From a virus: a DNA stretch of 64,000 nucleotides. The translations under genes and the position numbers were made by a program. Location of the stretch: the IMG/VR virus record IMGVR_UViG_3300020182_000007. One strand, 5' to 3'. Numbering within the stretch: position 1 is the stretch's first letter; each line of letters opens with the position of its first letter. The notes under the pieces were generated by a model. The model was given only the letters and a program-made list of their open reading frames with translations. It did no database searches and was not told the DNA's origin. This document shows, piece after piece, positions 9,036 through 18,157 of the stretch.

Positions 9036-10784
9036 TTATTTCATTAGTCTTTTAAATTTTTGTGCTACTGATTCGTTAACATATACTGAATCATTTATAC
9101 CTGAGGTTCCTTTGTCTTTACCTGAAGTTCCTTTGTCTTTACCTGAAGTTCCTTTGTCTTTACCTGAAGTTCCTTTGTCCTTGCCGCTAGTTCCTTTGTC
9201 TTTACCTGAAGTTCCTTCGTCCTTGCCGCTAGTTCCTTTGTCCTTGCCGCTAGTTCCTTTGTCTTTACCTGAAGTTCCTTCGTCCTTGCCGCTAGTTCCT
9301 TTGTCTTTACCTGAAGTTCCTTCGTCCTTGCCGCTAGTTCCTTTGTCTTTACCTGAAGTTCCTTTGTCCTTGCCGCTAGTTCCTTTGTCTTTACCTGAAG
9401 TTCCTTCGTCCTTGCCGCTAGTTCCTTTGTCTTTACCGCTAGTTCCTTTGTCCTTTGCCGCTTCTTTTTCCTTAGCTTCTTTTTCCTTAGCTTCTTTTTC
9501 TTTCTTTAATTGATCAACAGCATCTGCTTGTTCTTCTTTATTAGGTTCCATATCCTTTAACGCACTTTCTTCATCGCGAAGTCTTGCCTTTAAGTTAGCC
9601 GCTGTTTTTTTAAGTTCGCCCTTATCTGAACCTTCTTCACCCATTGCAGTTTTAAGAACGGATAGCTCTCCTTTAATCTTTTCAGATTGTTTTGCTTTTT
9701 TAACAATATTGCCCTTATCATCCCATCTGTCATTTACAGAAGATTGTAAGTCTTTAGATTGCGCCTTCATCATGTCTACCTTCGCCTTAAGCTTATCTTT
9801 TACAGGCTTCTCAGCATCAGATGCTGCTATTGATGCTTCCATACCTGCAATTTTTAATTTTAGCTTATTAACTTTATCTTGGGCCTTTCTAGCCTTAGGT
9901 GCTCTAATCATAAAATCAATTGCACTTTTCATTGCGCCATCAGCTTCAGTAACTACTGATTCCTTTACGAAATTCTTAAGATCATCTGGATCTATAGAGT
10001 ATTCCACTTCATCCGCATCACTCCAAAGAATAACTTCATCTTTACCAATTTCGTAAATTTCGAACGATGAGTTTTTTAAGATTTCAGATCCATCAACGTC
10101 GTTAGTTTTATCATAAACATCTCCATCAAAATTATCGCTATCTTTTTTGGCTTTAATATACTGTCCTTTTTTAAATTTAGCTTCGTTAACTACTGATTCG
10201 TCTAGAGGATCTAATCCCCAGTAATTAGCCATATCATATCTTACTGGATAAATGTAATAATCTCCAACATTACCTTCAGGTGATTCAATATTTTTAGTAA
10301 GATAATAATCTGTATTTACCATTAATTCTTCAATCCCATAATCTTCAGCATCTTCTTTTGTTTCTTTCTTAAACATTTTAGCAATTTTAGCAAATCTACC
10401 AATAGCAATTATTTCTACAACGTTGTCATTATAATCGACACCAGTATCTCCAACTTTTAAATCTCCTGAAGCTTCAGTAACTACTGATTCACTAAATAAT
10501 CTATTACCAGTATTATCTTCTAAGAGAGATGAAGAAATATAAAATATAGAATTGGCAAAATCTTCAATTACTGAATCTTCTTCTGACATTTCTATATCCT
10601 CAACAATACTTGCTGATAGCTTTTTAAGGTTTAATAAAATATTGTCGACGTCTCTGATTGCTTCTTTTTTAGAATCTCCTACTTTAACCTCAGAGCTCGA
10701 TGTGTTAGAATCAGCAGAAGGTCTAGTTTGAGTTGCTTCTTGGTTTTGAAGTTCTTCGAATAGTAAAACTTTTTTAAATTTCAT
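9036..10784 (-). CDS. Putative internal head (cargo) polyprotein with C-terminal KD(K/E)GTSG repeats
   Basis: N-terminus MKFKKVLLFEE, three ESVV(T/N)EA junctions, a coiled coil and 17 heptad repeats. Tandem late promoter motifs upstream. Confidence 0.65.
   Translation of the reverse strand: MKFKKVLLFEELQNQEATQTRPSADSNTSSSEVKVGDSKKEAIRDVDNILLNLKKLSASIVEDIEMSEEDSVIEDFANSIFYISSSLLEDNTGNRLFSESVVTEASGDLKVGDTGVDYNDNVVEIIAIGRFAKIAKMFKKETKEDAEDYGIEELMVNTDYYLTKNIESPEGNVGDYYIYPVRYDMANYWGLDPLDESVVNEAKFKKGQYIKAKKDSDNFDGDVYDKTNDVDGSEILKNSSFEIYEIGKDEVILWSDADEVEYSIDPDDLKNFVKESVVTEADGAMKSAIDFMIRAPKARKAQDKVNKLKLKIAGMEASIAASDAEKPVKDKLKAKVDMMKAQSKDLQSSVNDRWDDKGNIVKKAKQSEKIKGELSVLKTAMGEEGSDKGELKKTAANLKARLRDEESALKDMEPNKEEQADAVDQLKKEKEAKEKEAKEKEAAKDKGTSGKDKGTSGKDEGTSGKDKGTSGKDKGTSGKDKGTSGKDEGTSGKDKGTSGKDEGTSGKDKGTSGKDKGTSGKDEGTSGKDKGTSGKDKGTSGKDKGTSGKDKGTSGKDKGTSGINDSVYVNESVAQKFKRLMK
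9099..9455 (-). repeat. In-frame 21-bp tandem repeat x17 encoding KD(K/E)GTSG
   Basis: Counted directly. Two codon variants (GGAACTAGCGGC and GGAACTTCAGGT) are interleaved. Confidence 0.95.
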
Positions 10785-10819
10785 AATCTTTTTTTTTTGT
10801 ATTTAATAATATAATAGTT

Positions 10820-10837
10820 TATATATCTTTATATATC
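10820..10837 (-). promoter_or_regulatory. Two tandem GATATATA late-promoter motifs
   Basis: tatatatc at 10820-10827 and 10830-10837, upstream of the 10784 start. Confidence 0.65.
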
Positions 10838-11515
10838 GAACCCATATTTAGGGTGATGACAGACAACATATCCTCCTACTTCTTCACCTATTTTATTTGG
10901 ATTTATTTTGTGCTTTCTGTATAAAGCATCTGCGAATATGAAATCCTCTCCTCTTGGGCCATCTTTCCAATAAACGCCTGTTTTTTTAATATGTATCATT
11001 TGAAAGGTACTAGATATCCAATCTACTTTTACTTTTATAAAGGGTTCATTTTTTATTGTAATTTCATATAGAAACTTACCGAATTTAATATTACCGTACG
11101 AATCTCTAACGTCTGGTATAATGTACATGTTATCAAGTACTATTACCCTGTCTGATTCTTTAATTTTATTATATGCTTTTTCTAATCTATCTTCCATTAA
11201 AAAATCGTCGGTGTCTAAATATGTTATGTAATCAAACTTAGCATGATTTATTCCAATTTGTCTATATGATCCTGGGAATATACCTGATCTTATCTTAGGT
11301 TTTTTTATTAGTAATATATTTGATTGATTACTATAATGTTGATTATATAATGAATTCGTGACCTCGCATCCATCACTCACAATCACTAGCTCACTATTCT
11401 CTAACCCTATTGTCTGGTTAATGAATGAATCAACAGCTCGAAGAAACTTTTGATCAGGGTTTGTCCTAGATCCTGGATATTCTCCCAGGTATGAGATCAT
11501 TATAACACTTATCAT
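10829..11515 (-). CDS. Glycosyltransferase family 2 (GT-A fold)
   Basis: ISVIMISY, ELVIVSDG, RQIGINHAKFDYITYLDTDD (DxD) and GED motifs. Confidence 0.85.
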   Translation of the reverse strand: MISVIMISYLGEYPGSRTNPDQKFLRAVDSFINQTIGLENSELVIVSDGCEVTNSLYNQHYSNQSNILLIKKPKIRSGIFPGSYRQIGINHAKFDYITYLDTDDFLMEDRLEKAYNKIKESDRVIVLDNMYIIPDVRDSYGNIKFGKFLYEITIKNEPFIKVKVDWISSTFQMIHIKKTGVYWKDGPRGEDFIFADALYRKHKINPNKIGEEVGGYVVCHHPKYGFDI

Positions 11516-11519
11516 ACTG

Positions 11520-11527
11520 TATTTATC
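11520..11527 (-). promoter_or_regulatory. Late promoter GATAAATA, 4 nt before the glycosyltransferase ATG
   Basis: T4-like ATAAATA motif. Confidence 0.6.
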
Positions 11528-11530
11528 GCA

Positions 11531-11560
11531 AAAAGAAAGGGATCCGCTAGGATCCCTTTC
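11531..11560 (-). terminator. Rho-independent terminator after the major capsid gene
   Basis: Perfect 11-bp stem GAAAGGGATCC/GGATCCCTTTC with a TAGC loop, followed by TTTT on the minus strand. Confidence 0.85.
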
Positions 11561-11585
11561 AAATATAATTACTCTAATTTTAAAA

Positions 11586-12971
11586 TTATAGAGCGATGTT
11601 CAATACGTTGAACTTTTGGTATTGAGTTTCTGGGTGGAAACCAGCTTTTACTAGAGCGAATCTAGATTTAACAGCTACTTTAGGAGCCATAGTTCCTTCA
11701 GCAATTGTTTGAACTGATTCAGCCATTAAGTAAGGCATGAATACTAATCCAGCACCGTTACCATCGCCTTTTCTACCAACTAAGATTTCATGTACCTCAT
11801 CAGATCCAACAGTTGCACCGTCGAACGGTAATCTTGGGTCAGTATAGATGTTAATACCAGCTACAGAACCTACTGGGTAGATTGCTCCTGCAACTTGTGA
11901 AATTGTGTTAGAGAATGGGTTTGGAACGAATCCAGCAACACCTTGTAATGCAGATGCAACTTTAGCATCAACAACAGCAAAGTTACCAGCTCCTCTTCTT
12001 CCTCTGTTAGCGATCAAGTTAGCAGCAGCCAATACGTGAGTAAGGATTCTTCTGTTAACATCACCATAAGTGTTACCACCTAAAGTGTAATCTAAAGAAA
12101 GTGCAGAGATACCTGACTCAGCCATAGTTCTCATTGTTCCTAAAATGTAAGAGTTAATTGACTGAGTTAATTCGTTAGTCAATACAGCTTCAACTTGAGC
12201 AACAGCATCAACGCCGAATTGCTTAAGATCTTGAACCTGCTCTCTTGTAACTGCAGCTGCAACTTGGAAAGTTTCAGCTTCAACCGCTTTAGAGAATAAA
12301 GAAAGACCCATTACTTTGTCTGGAGTTCTTTCGCCTTCTTCTCTTGAGAATGGTTGAGCATCTAATAGATCGCCATCAGCGTCCTCAGTACCTGAGAATC
12401 CTGGAATATGATCGTTAAGAGCAGCAACTAATTCAGCGTTAGCATATCTACCAACGATAGTTCCTTCTCCTGCAGTAATAGCGTCAACTATTTTGATGAT
12501 ACTTTTACCGTCTAGACGTGAAGTACCAACAACTAAGTCAGCTCCTGCAACTGCATCATCAGTTTTGATGTATGTTGGAGAAACAGTGTTTCTAAGAGTA
12601 CCGCCTTCGTAAACGAAATCTAGGTAAGATAGAAGACCCATTGGACCAGCCATAGGAATTACCGGTACTAAATCAAGTCCGATAGTTTGTGCAGCAACTT
12701 GCATTGCCAAAGGAAGTAAAGTTGGAGCTTTGTCTCCAGAACCTCTTTGTGCGTCAAATCCAGTTGCCATGTTTGGAAGAGTTACAGCACCCATACCACC
12801 AATATTCATATTAGGGTTAAGAGCCATGATGTTTGCATCTTCGTAAAGTTTGTGATTGTGACAGTAAGTAGACATCCAAGCCAACTTAGTTGAATCATTA
12901 ATACCAGTAGCTTCCTCGATTACGGGTGCCCAAGTACTTCTGATCTCTGCCTCATTTATTAATGTAGCCAT
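11586..12971 (-). CDS. gp23: Major capsid protein (gp23-like)
   Basis: W.PVIE, LVPVIPMAGPMGLLSYLDF, Y.PY, PK..VKSRFALV motifs. Lies downstream of portal and protease. Confidence 0.95.
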   Translation of the reverse strand: MATLINEAEIRSTWAPVIEEATGINDSTKLAWMSTYCHNHKLYEDANIMALNPNMNIGGMGAVTLPNMATGFDAQRGSGDKAPTLLPLAMQVAAQTIGLDLVPVIPMAGPMGLLSYLDFVYEGGTLRNTVSPTYIKTDDAVAGADLVVGTSRLDGKSIIKIVDAITAGEGTIVGRYANAELVAALNDHIPGFSGTEDADGDLLDAQPFSREEGERTPDKVMGLSLFSKAVEAETFQVAAAVTREQVQDLKQFGVDAVAQVEAVLTNELTQSINSYILGTMRTMAESGISALSLDYTLGGNTYGDVNRRILTHVLAAANLIANRGRRGAGNFAVVDAKVASALQGVAGFVPNPFSNTISQVAGAIYPVGSVAGINIYTDPRLPFDGATVGSDEVHEILVGRKGDGNGAGLVFMPYLMAESVQTIAEGTMAPKVAVKSRFALVKAGFHPETQYQKFNVLNIAL

Positions 12972-13004
12972 TTTTTAAGTATTTATTTTTTGTTATGGTT
13001 ATTT

Positions 13005-13046
13005 TCGACTTTAGTGGGCTTTCTGCTTCTGTCGCCCTATCGTCGA
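13005..13046 (-). promoter_or_regulatory. Structured 5' leader of the capsid mRNA
   Basis: Nested stems TCGAC/GTCGA and GGGC/GCCC between the late promoter (13055-13062) and the ATG. Confidence 0.5.
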
Positions 13047-13054
13047 TATCTTTT

Positions 13055-13062
13055 TATATATC
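13055..13062 (-). promoter_or_regulatory. Late promoter GATATATA for the capsid gene
   Basis: Recurrent motif upstream of structural genes. Confidence 0.7.
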
Positions 13063-13068
13063 TTTATT

Positions 13069-13647
13069 TTATAGAATAATATCTCCTAAACCTAATACGC
13101 TTAAAGCCTTTTCAATCTTTTTGTTATTTGATGGTGTTTCTAATTCAAGAAAATTGTACATTGTGTCTGAAGTAGACTTATATACTTTACTTCCATCTTG
13201 TGGTCTAAGAGGTCTTATGTAAGGATAGCTTGATTTCCTTTGCATATCTACAACCCATTCTGCTTCAGGCGTTTTATACCATTCTGGATCTGTTGAAAGT
13301 AATGGATTATCTTCGTTTGAACCCTTAACAAAATTATTATTTAAGTCATATTTAGTCTCATATATTAAATAAAACTTTATAGCTTTATTATTATTGTAAA
13401 CTAAAGCATGCACATCAATAAATTTTAAAGAAGTTTTCTTTAAATTTTTACCTGGATTAGGACCAAAAAAGTTAACACCTTCAATTTTTTTAAGATCTGT
13501 ACCTGTAATTGTTTTGCCAATTGCGCCATTTAGAATAGACAAGGCATTTGCTGCCTTGTCTTCTATATTCTTATCAGTAAATCTACCAAATTTAACTTGT
13601 GATTTGGCTTCATTTATGAATTGCTCAAACAATTTTACATACTGCAT
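13069..13647 (-). CDS. Putative internal head protein (capsid-targeting-type N-terminus)
   Basis: Begins MQYVKLFEQFINEA and lies between scaffold and capsid genes. Confidence 0.6.
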   Translation of the reverse strand: MQYVKLFEQFINEAKSQVKFGRFTDKNIEDKAANALSILNGAIGKTITGTDLKKIEGVNFFGPNPGKNLKKTSLKFIDVHALVYNNNKAIKFYLIYETKYDLNNNFVKGSNEDNPLLSTDPEWYKTPEAEWVVDMQRKSSYPYIRPLRPQDGSKVYKSTSDTMYNFLELETPSNNKKIEKALSVLGLGDIIL

Positions 13648-13665
13648 AACTTAGTCGTATTATCC

Positions 13666-15513
13666 TTATTTATTAAATCTTTTCTTAAATGAATCAGTGT
13701 ACGCTGTTGCATCATATCCGAGACCTTTTTTCTCTTCAACTTTAGATTCAGTTATCATATTTAGTTTCTCCATTACCTTTGCACTTTCTCTAAGATCTCT
13801 AGTTTCCCAGAAGTTTCTTACCTGATACTCAGTATTTAAAGAGTGATATTTAGATTGTGCTGTAATTTGGTTCTTCTTAGCTTCAGAAAGATTTTTCCAT
13901 GTTTCGCCATATTCCTTTGGCATTGCATCAATAAAATATGGTGTAGCATTTTTATTTTCAACAATTAGATTAGAAGATTCGATGATAGATTCAATTTGAC
14001 CCTCAGTCATAAATCCTCTTTTTGATACTGATCTTCTAACTTCTATTTTAGCATCTTCATTCAGAGCGTTGTATTTCTCTTGAACTTTATTTGATACAAT
14101 TTTAAAGAATGTTGGATTTTCATTTTCTTTCTTGGTAGCAGCTTCTACTAGGTTTGAAAGTTTTGAAGCTATTTCGTTTTTGTAAGATTCTTTAGCTACT
14201 TCTTTAGCTCCATCTTCGCCATCAACCAACTCATCTTCAACTTCTTCAGTCTCTTCAGATCTGTCTTTAGCCTTAACGTATTTTTTACCATCAGCATCTT
14301 TAATTTCTGGAGTTTTATCATCTAATTCGCTTTCTAGCTCTTCAGCTGGAAGGTTAAGATCACCTTCATCTTCTAATAATAGATTAGAATTAACAGTTTC
14401 AGCAACATATTCAGCATATTCAGTAACTGATTGCAAACTGTTTTTTAAGTAATCAACATACTCTACTAGTTTTTCTCCAGTTGTTGTACTTTCATTGTGA
14501 GATTCTGCTAAATAGTTAGCGTACTCCTTAATTTTAGAAATACCTTCTGAAAGGTGCTCAGAATACTGAATTCCTTCATCTAGTTTTTCAGCAACATGTT
14601 CTGTATACTGTATAGATTGATCTAGTTTTCCAGATAATTCTTCAGAATACTGAATTCCACTGTCGGCCTTTTCAGCAACATGTTCTGTATACTGTATAGA
14701 TTGGTCTAGTTTTTCTGAAACATATTCCATATATTCCTTAATTCCATTAACGCTTTCTACGATATGATCGTTATGAGCTTTAACTTCATTTAATTCGGTT
14801 TCAGTTACTGCGTCTGCAGTTGGAGTTGAAACGTCCATTGATTCTTTGATTGTCTTAATTTCTTTTGCAAGATACTCAGTGTACTTGTTAAAGTCATCAG
14901 CGTTTACATATTCTGCCATGTCTTCGTTTTCTATGATTTGTGTTTTGTTATTGTTTTCTGTATTATTTATCTCATAAATATAGAGACCGCTTTCGCTTGA
15001 AAATCCAAAAGATTCATTAACTCTTTTAAGCTCTGCATTTTCAAAACCTGGATCGGCTACTAGGTCATAAGTAAATAGTTGTTTAATTTTTACAGTACCA
15101 TTAGATTCAACAGCTCCTGCTGCTCTGCTCGATATTTGAAGAGGTACTCCAGCATCGACTAGAGCCTTTGCTTGTTTACCAGCATCTGTATCTAATAATC
15201 TAATCTTACCTTTAACTTGCTTTGCGTCTTTATCATAATATAACTCTTCTATTACGTGAGACACATTTTTTAAAGAAACATCAAATTGAGAGGGATGATC
15301 TAATTCTCCTAATAGTTTACCAGACTTAATTTTTTGCTGCAATGATTCGATTTGCGGTACGTATTCAGATTCGGTGTAGATTCTTTGGTTTTTATTCTTT
15401 ACATCTATTTCACCAAATATACCTTCTAAAACGTAATCTTTCTTTCCTTCATTTGCTACCGAAAGTGGATTCGATGACATTTCGAGAATCAAAAGGTTAT
15501 TATTATTTTTCAT
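13666..15513 (-). CDS. gp21: Prohead protease (gp21-like) fused to scaffold/core (gp22-like)
   Basis: LEGIF, N.N.RIY, LGELDHP, ISSRAAG, DLVADPGFENA motifs, followed by a long acidic helical region. Confidence 0.9.
   Translation of the reverse strand: MKNNNNLLILEMSSNPLSVANEGKKDYVLEGIFGEIDVKNKNQRIYTESEYVPQIESLQQKIKSGKLLGELDHPSQFDVSLKNVSHVIEELYYDKDAKQVKGKIRLLDTDAGKQAKALVDAGVPLQISSRAAGAVESNGTVKIKQLFTYDLVADPGFENAELKRVNESFGFSSESGLYIYEINNTENNNKTQIIENEDMAEYVNADDFNKYTEYLAKEIKTIKESMDVSTPTADAVTETELNEVKAHNDHIVESVNGIKEYMEYVSEKLDQSIQYTEHVAEKADSGIQYSEELSGKLDQSIQYTEHVAEKLDEGIQYSEHLSEGISKIKEYANYLAESHNESTTTGEKLVEYVDYLKNSLQSVTEYAEYVAETVNSNLLLEDEGDLNLPAEELESELDDKTPEIKDADGKKYVKAKDRSEETEEVEDELVDGEDGAKEVAKESYKNEIASKLSNLVEAATKKENENPTFFKIVSNKVQEKYNALNEDAKIEVRRSVSKRGFMTEGQIESIIESSNLIVENKNATPYFIDAMPKEYGETWKNLSEAKKNQITAQSKYHSLNTEYQVRNFWETRDLRESAKVMEKLNMITESKVEEKKGLGYDATAYTDSFKKRFNK
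14585..14703 (-). repeat. 35-nt direct duplication, 84 nt apart, in the scaffold 14-residue repeats
   Basis: ttttcagcaacatgttctgtatactgtatagattg at 14585-14619 and 14669-14703. Confidence 0.85.
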
Positions 15514-15560
15514 ATTTTGAATTTATTGTTTCTTTATATATCTATTTAAGAATACTTTTA

Positions 15561-15902
15561 TTATAGATCTGCTAGCGGATCATCTTCTCCACCTTCATCT
15601 TCTCCCTCGGCTTCTGTTTCTTCTTCAGCCTCGGCTTCTTTTTCTTCAGCCTGAAATTCATTCCAATACTTTTTAATGGTTTCCATTTCTCCAGCTTTAA
15701 ACGCGTTTTGACCATACTTATCATATAATAGGTCTTCGATCGCTTTTTCAGTTTCGGAGTTTATAATAGTTCCTACAATTTCAGCGGATGATATTATTTT
15801 ACCATTCTCTAATTTAATGTCGTCTATTAAGACTTCAGATTCTTTGCTAGGAGACATTGTATTCTCACTAACAAATTCTTCAAATAGTTTAATGTGTTTC
15901 AT
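15561..15902 (-). CDS. Prohead core / internal protein with acidic tail (gp67/68 position), start revised to 15902
   Basis: MKHIKLFEEFVSE start with GATATATA 5 nt upstream. The ORF-track start at 16010 overlaps the portal gene. Confidence 0.7.
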   Translation of the reverse strand: MKHIKLFEEFVSENTMSPSKESEVLIDDIKLENGKIISSAEIVGTIINSETEKAIEDLLYDKYGQNAFKAGEMETIKKYWNEFQAEEKEAEAEEETEAEGEDEGGEDDPLADL

Positions 15903-15921
15903 AGTATTATATATCGTATTT

Positions 15922-17517
15922 TTAGAAGCCCATTTCATCATCTCCTGAATCTTCTCCGGCCTCGTCTGCAGTGTCTTTTGCTTTTGCTGAATCGTTTGCT
16001 GTAATGTCATCGTCGGTCAACTTAAGATACCTCTTAACAAGATAATCTAATGAGAAGTAATATTCTTCTTCCATTGTTTCTTGATTTGTTGTCATTAAAC
16101 TATCTCGCATGCTACCTATAAATTCAAGTCTTTTTTCCATGATCTCCATATCCTTTAACTCAGAGAATACGTTTTCTTCATTAAACCTTAAAGCAACTTG
16201 TGTTTTAAATTGAGGATCGTTTTCGAACTCTGGATATTTAAGACACATTTGAATATAAAGCGGCTTTACTAATATTTCTTGAAATACAGATCTAAGTCTC
16301 TTAATAAACTTAGAGAATTTAATTTCGTCTCTTATCATACCATCAGCTGCCATGTTGAAATCTCCTCCACCGTCTTCGTATAAAAACCTAGAGTATGGAA
16401 TTTTAGAAACATGTTTTAATTTATCAGAAAAGTATTTTAGAGCTTCTGTGTCTGAAAGATCTGGACCATCTCCACCTAGTGTTTCAATTTCAGGAGTTTC
16501 TCCCTCCTTGCTTGGTAACCAATATTCTTTATTGAATTGAAGCATCGGCTTACCATCTGTTTGTAGAGATGCACTATCCCAATCAAAATCAACGTTCTCT
16601 TTATATGAATGCATTAACTGCGCTAGAGATTGCTTTGCTCTAGTTTTAGATTTACCACCAACTGGTATAATAAACTTCATTCTAAAACTAGAGTTTGTGG
16701 TTGCCCAAATAACTCTAGTATGTTCCATTATTCTTAGTAGGTTAAATGCCCTTACAAGTCTTTCAATGTATGATGCTCTAGAAGCTGTTGTTATTGAAGA
16801 ATATGAAAGATATATTATTTGAGAATCATATAATTTTCTCTGCTTTATTGGATCATCTTTATATTGTACCCATATCTTCTTACCATCATCATGATTATAA
16901 CCTGGTACTAATGTAATTGGATCGATCTCTTTAAATCCTATTACATCTTTTTGGTCAGGTGAATAAACAATCTCAAATGCTAAGTAACCATCAATTAAAA
17001 ATTTACGATAGTAATACCAAGCTGATTGATCTGTTGTAAATCCAAAATATTGATAGATTTGCTTAAAGTATTTCTGAAGATCCTTTTGAACCTCATCGGA
17101 AACATCCATTCCAAGAATTTCAGGCTGCGCAAAAAAGTTCTTTTCATCATATACTACGGTCTCATCACATAGAATATCGAGAATGTCTTCTATCTCATCA
17201 TTTAGCGCAAATCTTCTTAAATCATCTCTTTTACCTGCATAATCTTTGTCAAAAAACGGGATGTTTTTCTTTAAATTAGTATCGGTCATAGACATTGCGG
17301 CAAATGCACCGTAAATGTCATCGTTATCCCATCCCATTGGGTTCATTTGACCATACCCAATTTGATCCTCCATTGGACCGATCGCTTGAGACTGTCTAAG
17401 TACTAGATCGTCATATCTCATACCGAACGAAGATAATGCCTTCAGAGAGTCTGAAAGACTAAAATTAATCTTGTTGGTACTTAATGGACCATTTCTTTTT
17501 TCTGTAAATCCTGCCAT
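15922..17517 (-). CDS. gp20: Portal protein (gp20-like)
   Basis: DGYLAFE, SYIERL.R.FN.LRIME, IPVGG, EYWLP..EG..PEIETLGG motifs. Confidence 0.95.
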   Translation of the reverse strand: MAGFTEKRNGPLSTNKINFSLSDSLKALSSFGMRYDDLVLRQSQAIGPMEDQIGYGQMNPMGWDNDDIYGAFAAMSMTDTNLKKNIPFFDKDYAGKRDDLRRFALNDEIEDILDILCDETVVYDEKNFFAQPEILGMDVSDEVQKDLQKYFKQIYQYFGFTTDQSAWYYYRKFLIDGYLAFEIVYSPDQKDVIGFKEIDPITLVPGYNHDDGKKIWVQYKDDPIKQRKLYDSQIIYLSYSSITTASRASYIERLVRAFNLLRIMEHTRVIWATTNSSFRMKFIIPVGGKSKTRAKQSLAQLMHSYKENVDFDWDSASLQTDGKPMLQFNKEYWLPSKEGETPEIETLGGDGPDLSDTEALKYFSDKLKHVSKIPYSRFLYEDGGGDFNMAADGMIRDEIKFSKFIKRLRSVFQEILVKPLYIQMCLKYPEFENDPQFKTQVALRFNEENVFSELKDMEIMEKRLEFIGSMRDSLMTTNQETMEEEYYFSLDYLVKRYLKLTDDDITANDSAKAKDTADEAGEDSGDDEMGF

Positions 17518-17551
17518 AGTAGCTTAATATTGTATTCTGATTATATATTCT

Positions 17552-18157
17552 TTATTTTTTGAGGTGTTTTCTAAATTGTTCTTTAAGTGTATTTGGATTT
17601 ATTCCTTTAAGATTTGCAAAGTCACATAAAACAATCTTTGCCCAGTTTTCATAAGATACAACTGCTTGTCTTGACTTAAGTTTTGTGATATATTGCCTTA
17701 TTGCGAAATCGTATCCATATTGTTTTAGAAATAAAGATGCACCCTTATATGTAAGTTTAAGAAGTCCTTGTCTTTTAGCATTCATTGCTCTTTTTCCAGC
17801 TGAATTGCTTTTAATTTGACCTTGCATTTTTTCATAAACAAAGTCTAGTAGCTCTTCTTTAACAAGTACTGGTAGTATGTTTAAGTTAATACCACAGTCG
17901 TTTCCTGTGGGTGATTGATCTAGTGCTAAAACAACAGGAGCGCTATCCCACCATTCAAGAGTTTCAATTCCTTTAGGCATTCTATATTCAAAAACATATA
18001 TTTTACCAGGCATAAACTTATCACTAGTCGCTGATACTTCTTTATTTTTACTGTCGCTTTTAGATTTTAAAAACCAAGACTCAGCATTAGCGACAGCTTT
18101 TTGTTTACTGCCAGCATCTTTACTTAAATCTCTTATATCTTTTTTAATTTTCCCCAT
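17552..18157 (-). CDS. DNA end protector (gp2-like)
   Basis: PGKIYVFEY..P...TLEWWD..PVVL, GINL..LP, AIRQY pattern. Confidence 0.75.
   Translation of the reverse strand: MGKIKKDIRDLSKDAGSKQKAVANAESWFLKSKSDSKNKEVSATSDKFMPGKIYVFEYRMPKGIETLEWWDSAPVVLALDQSPTGNDCGINLNILPVLVKEELLDFVYEKMQGQIKSNSAGKRAMNAKRQGLLKLTYKGASLFLKQYGYDFAIRQYITKLKSRQAVVSYENWAKIVLCDFANLKGINPNTLKEQFRKHLKK

Noticed and set aside
9099-9455. CRISPR array
   Set aside because: The repeats abut with no unique spacers and keep the reading frame of a protein.
9112-9513. Plus-strand ORF (SLPEVP repeats)
   Set aside because: Antisense shadow of the coding repeat, with no independent signals.
15903-16010. N-terminal extension of the 149 aa ORF
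   Set aside because: It overlaps the portal gene. A promoter motif and the family start MKHIKLF point to 15902.
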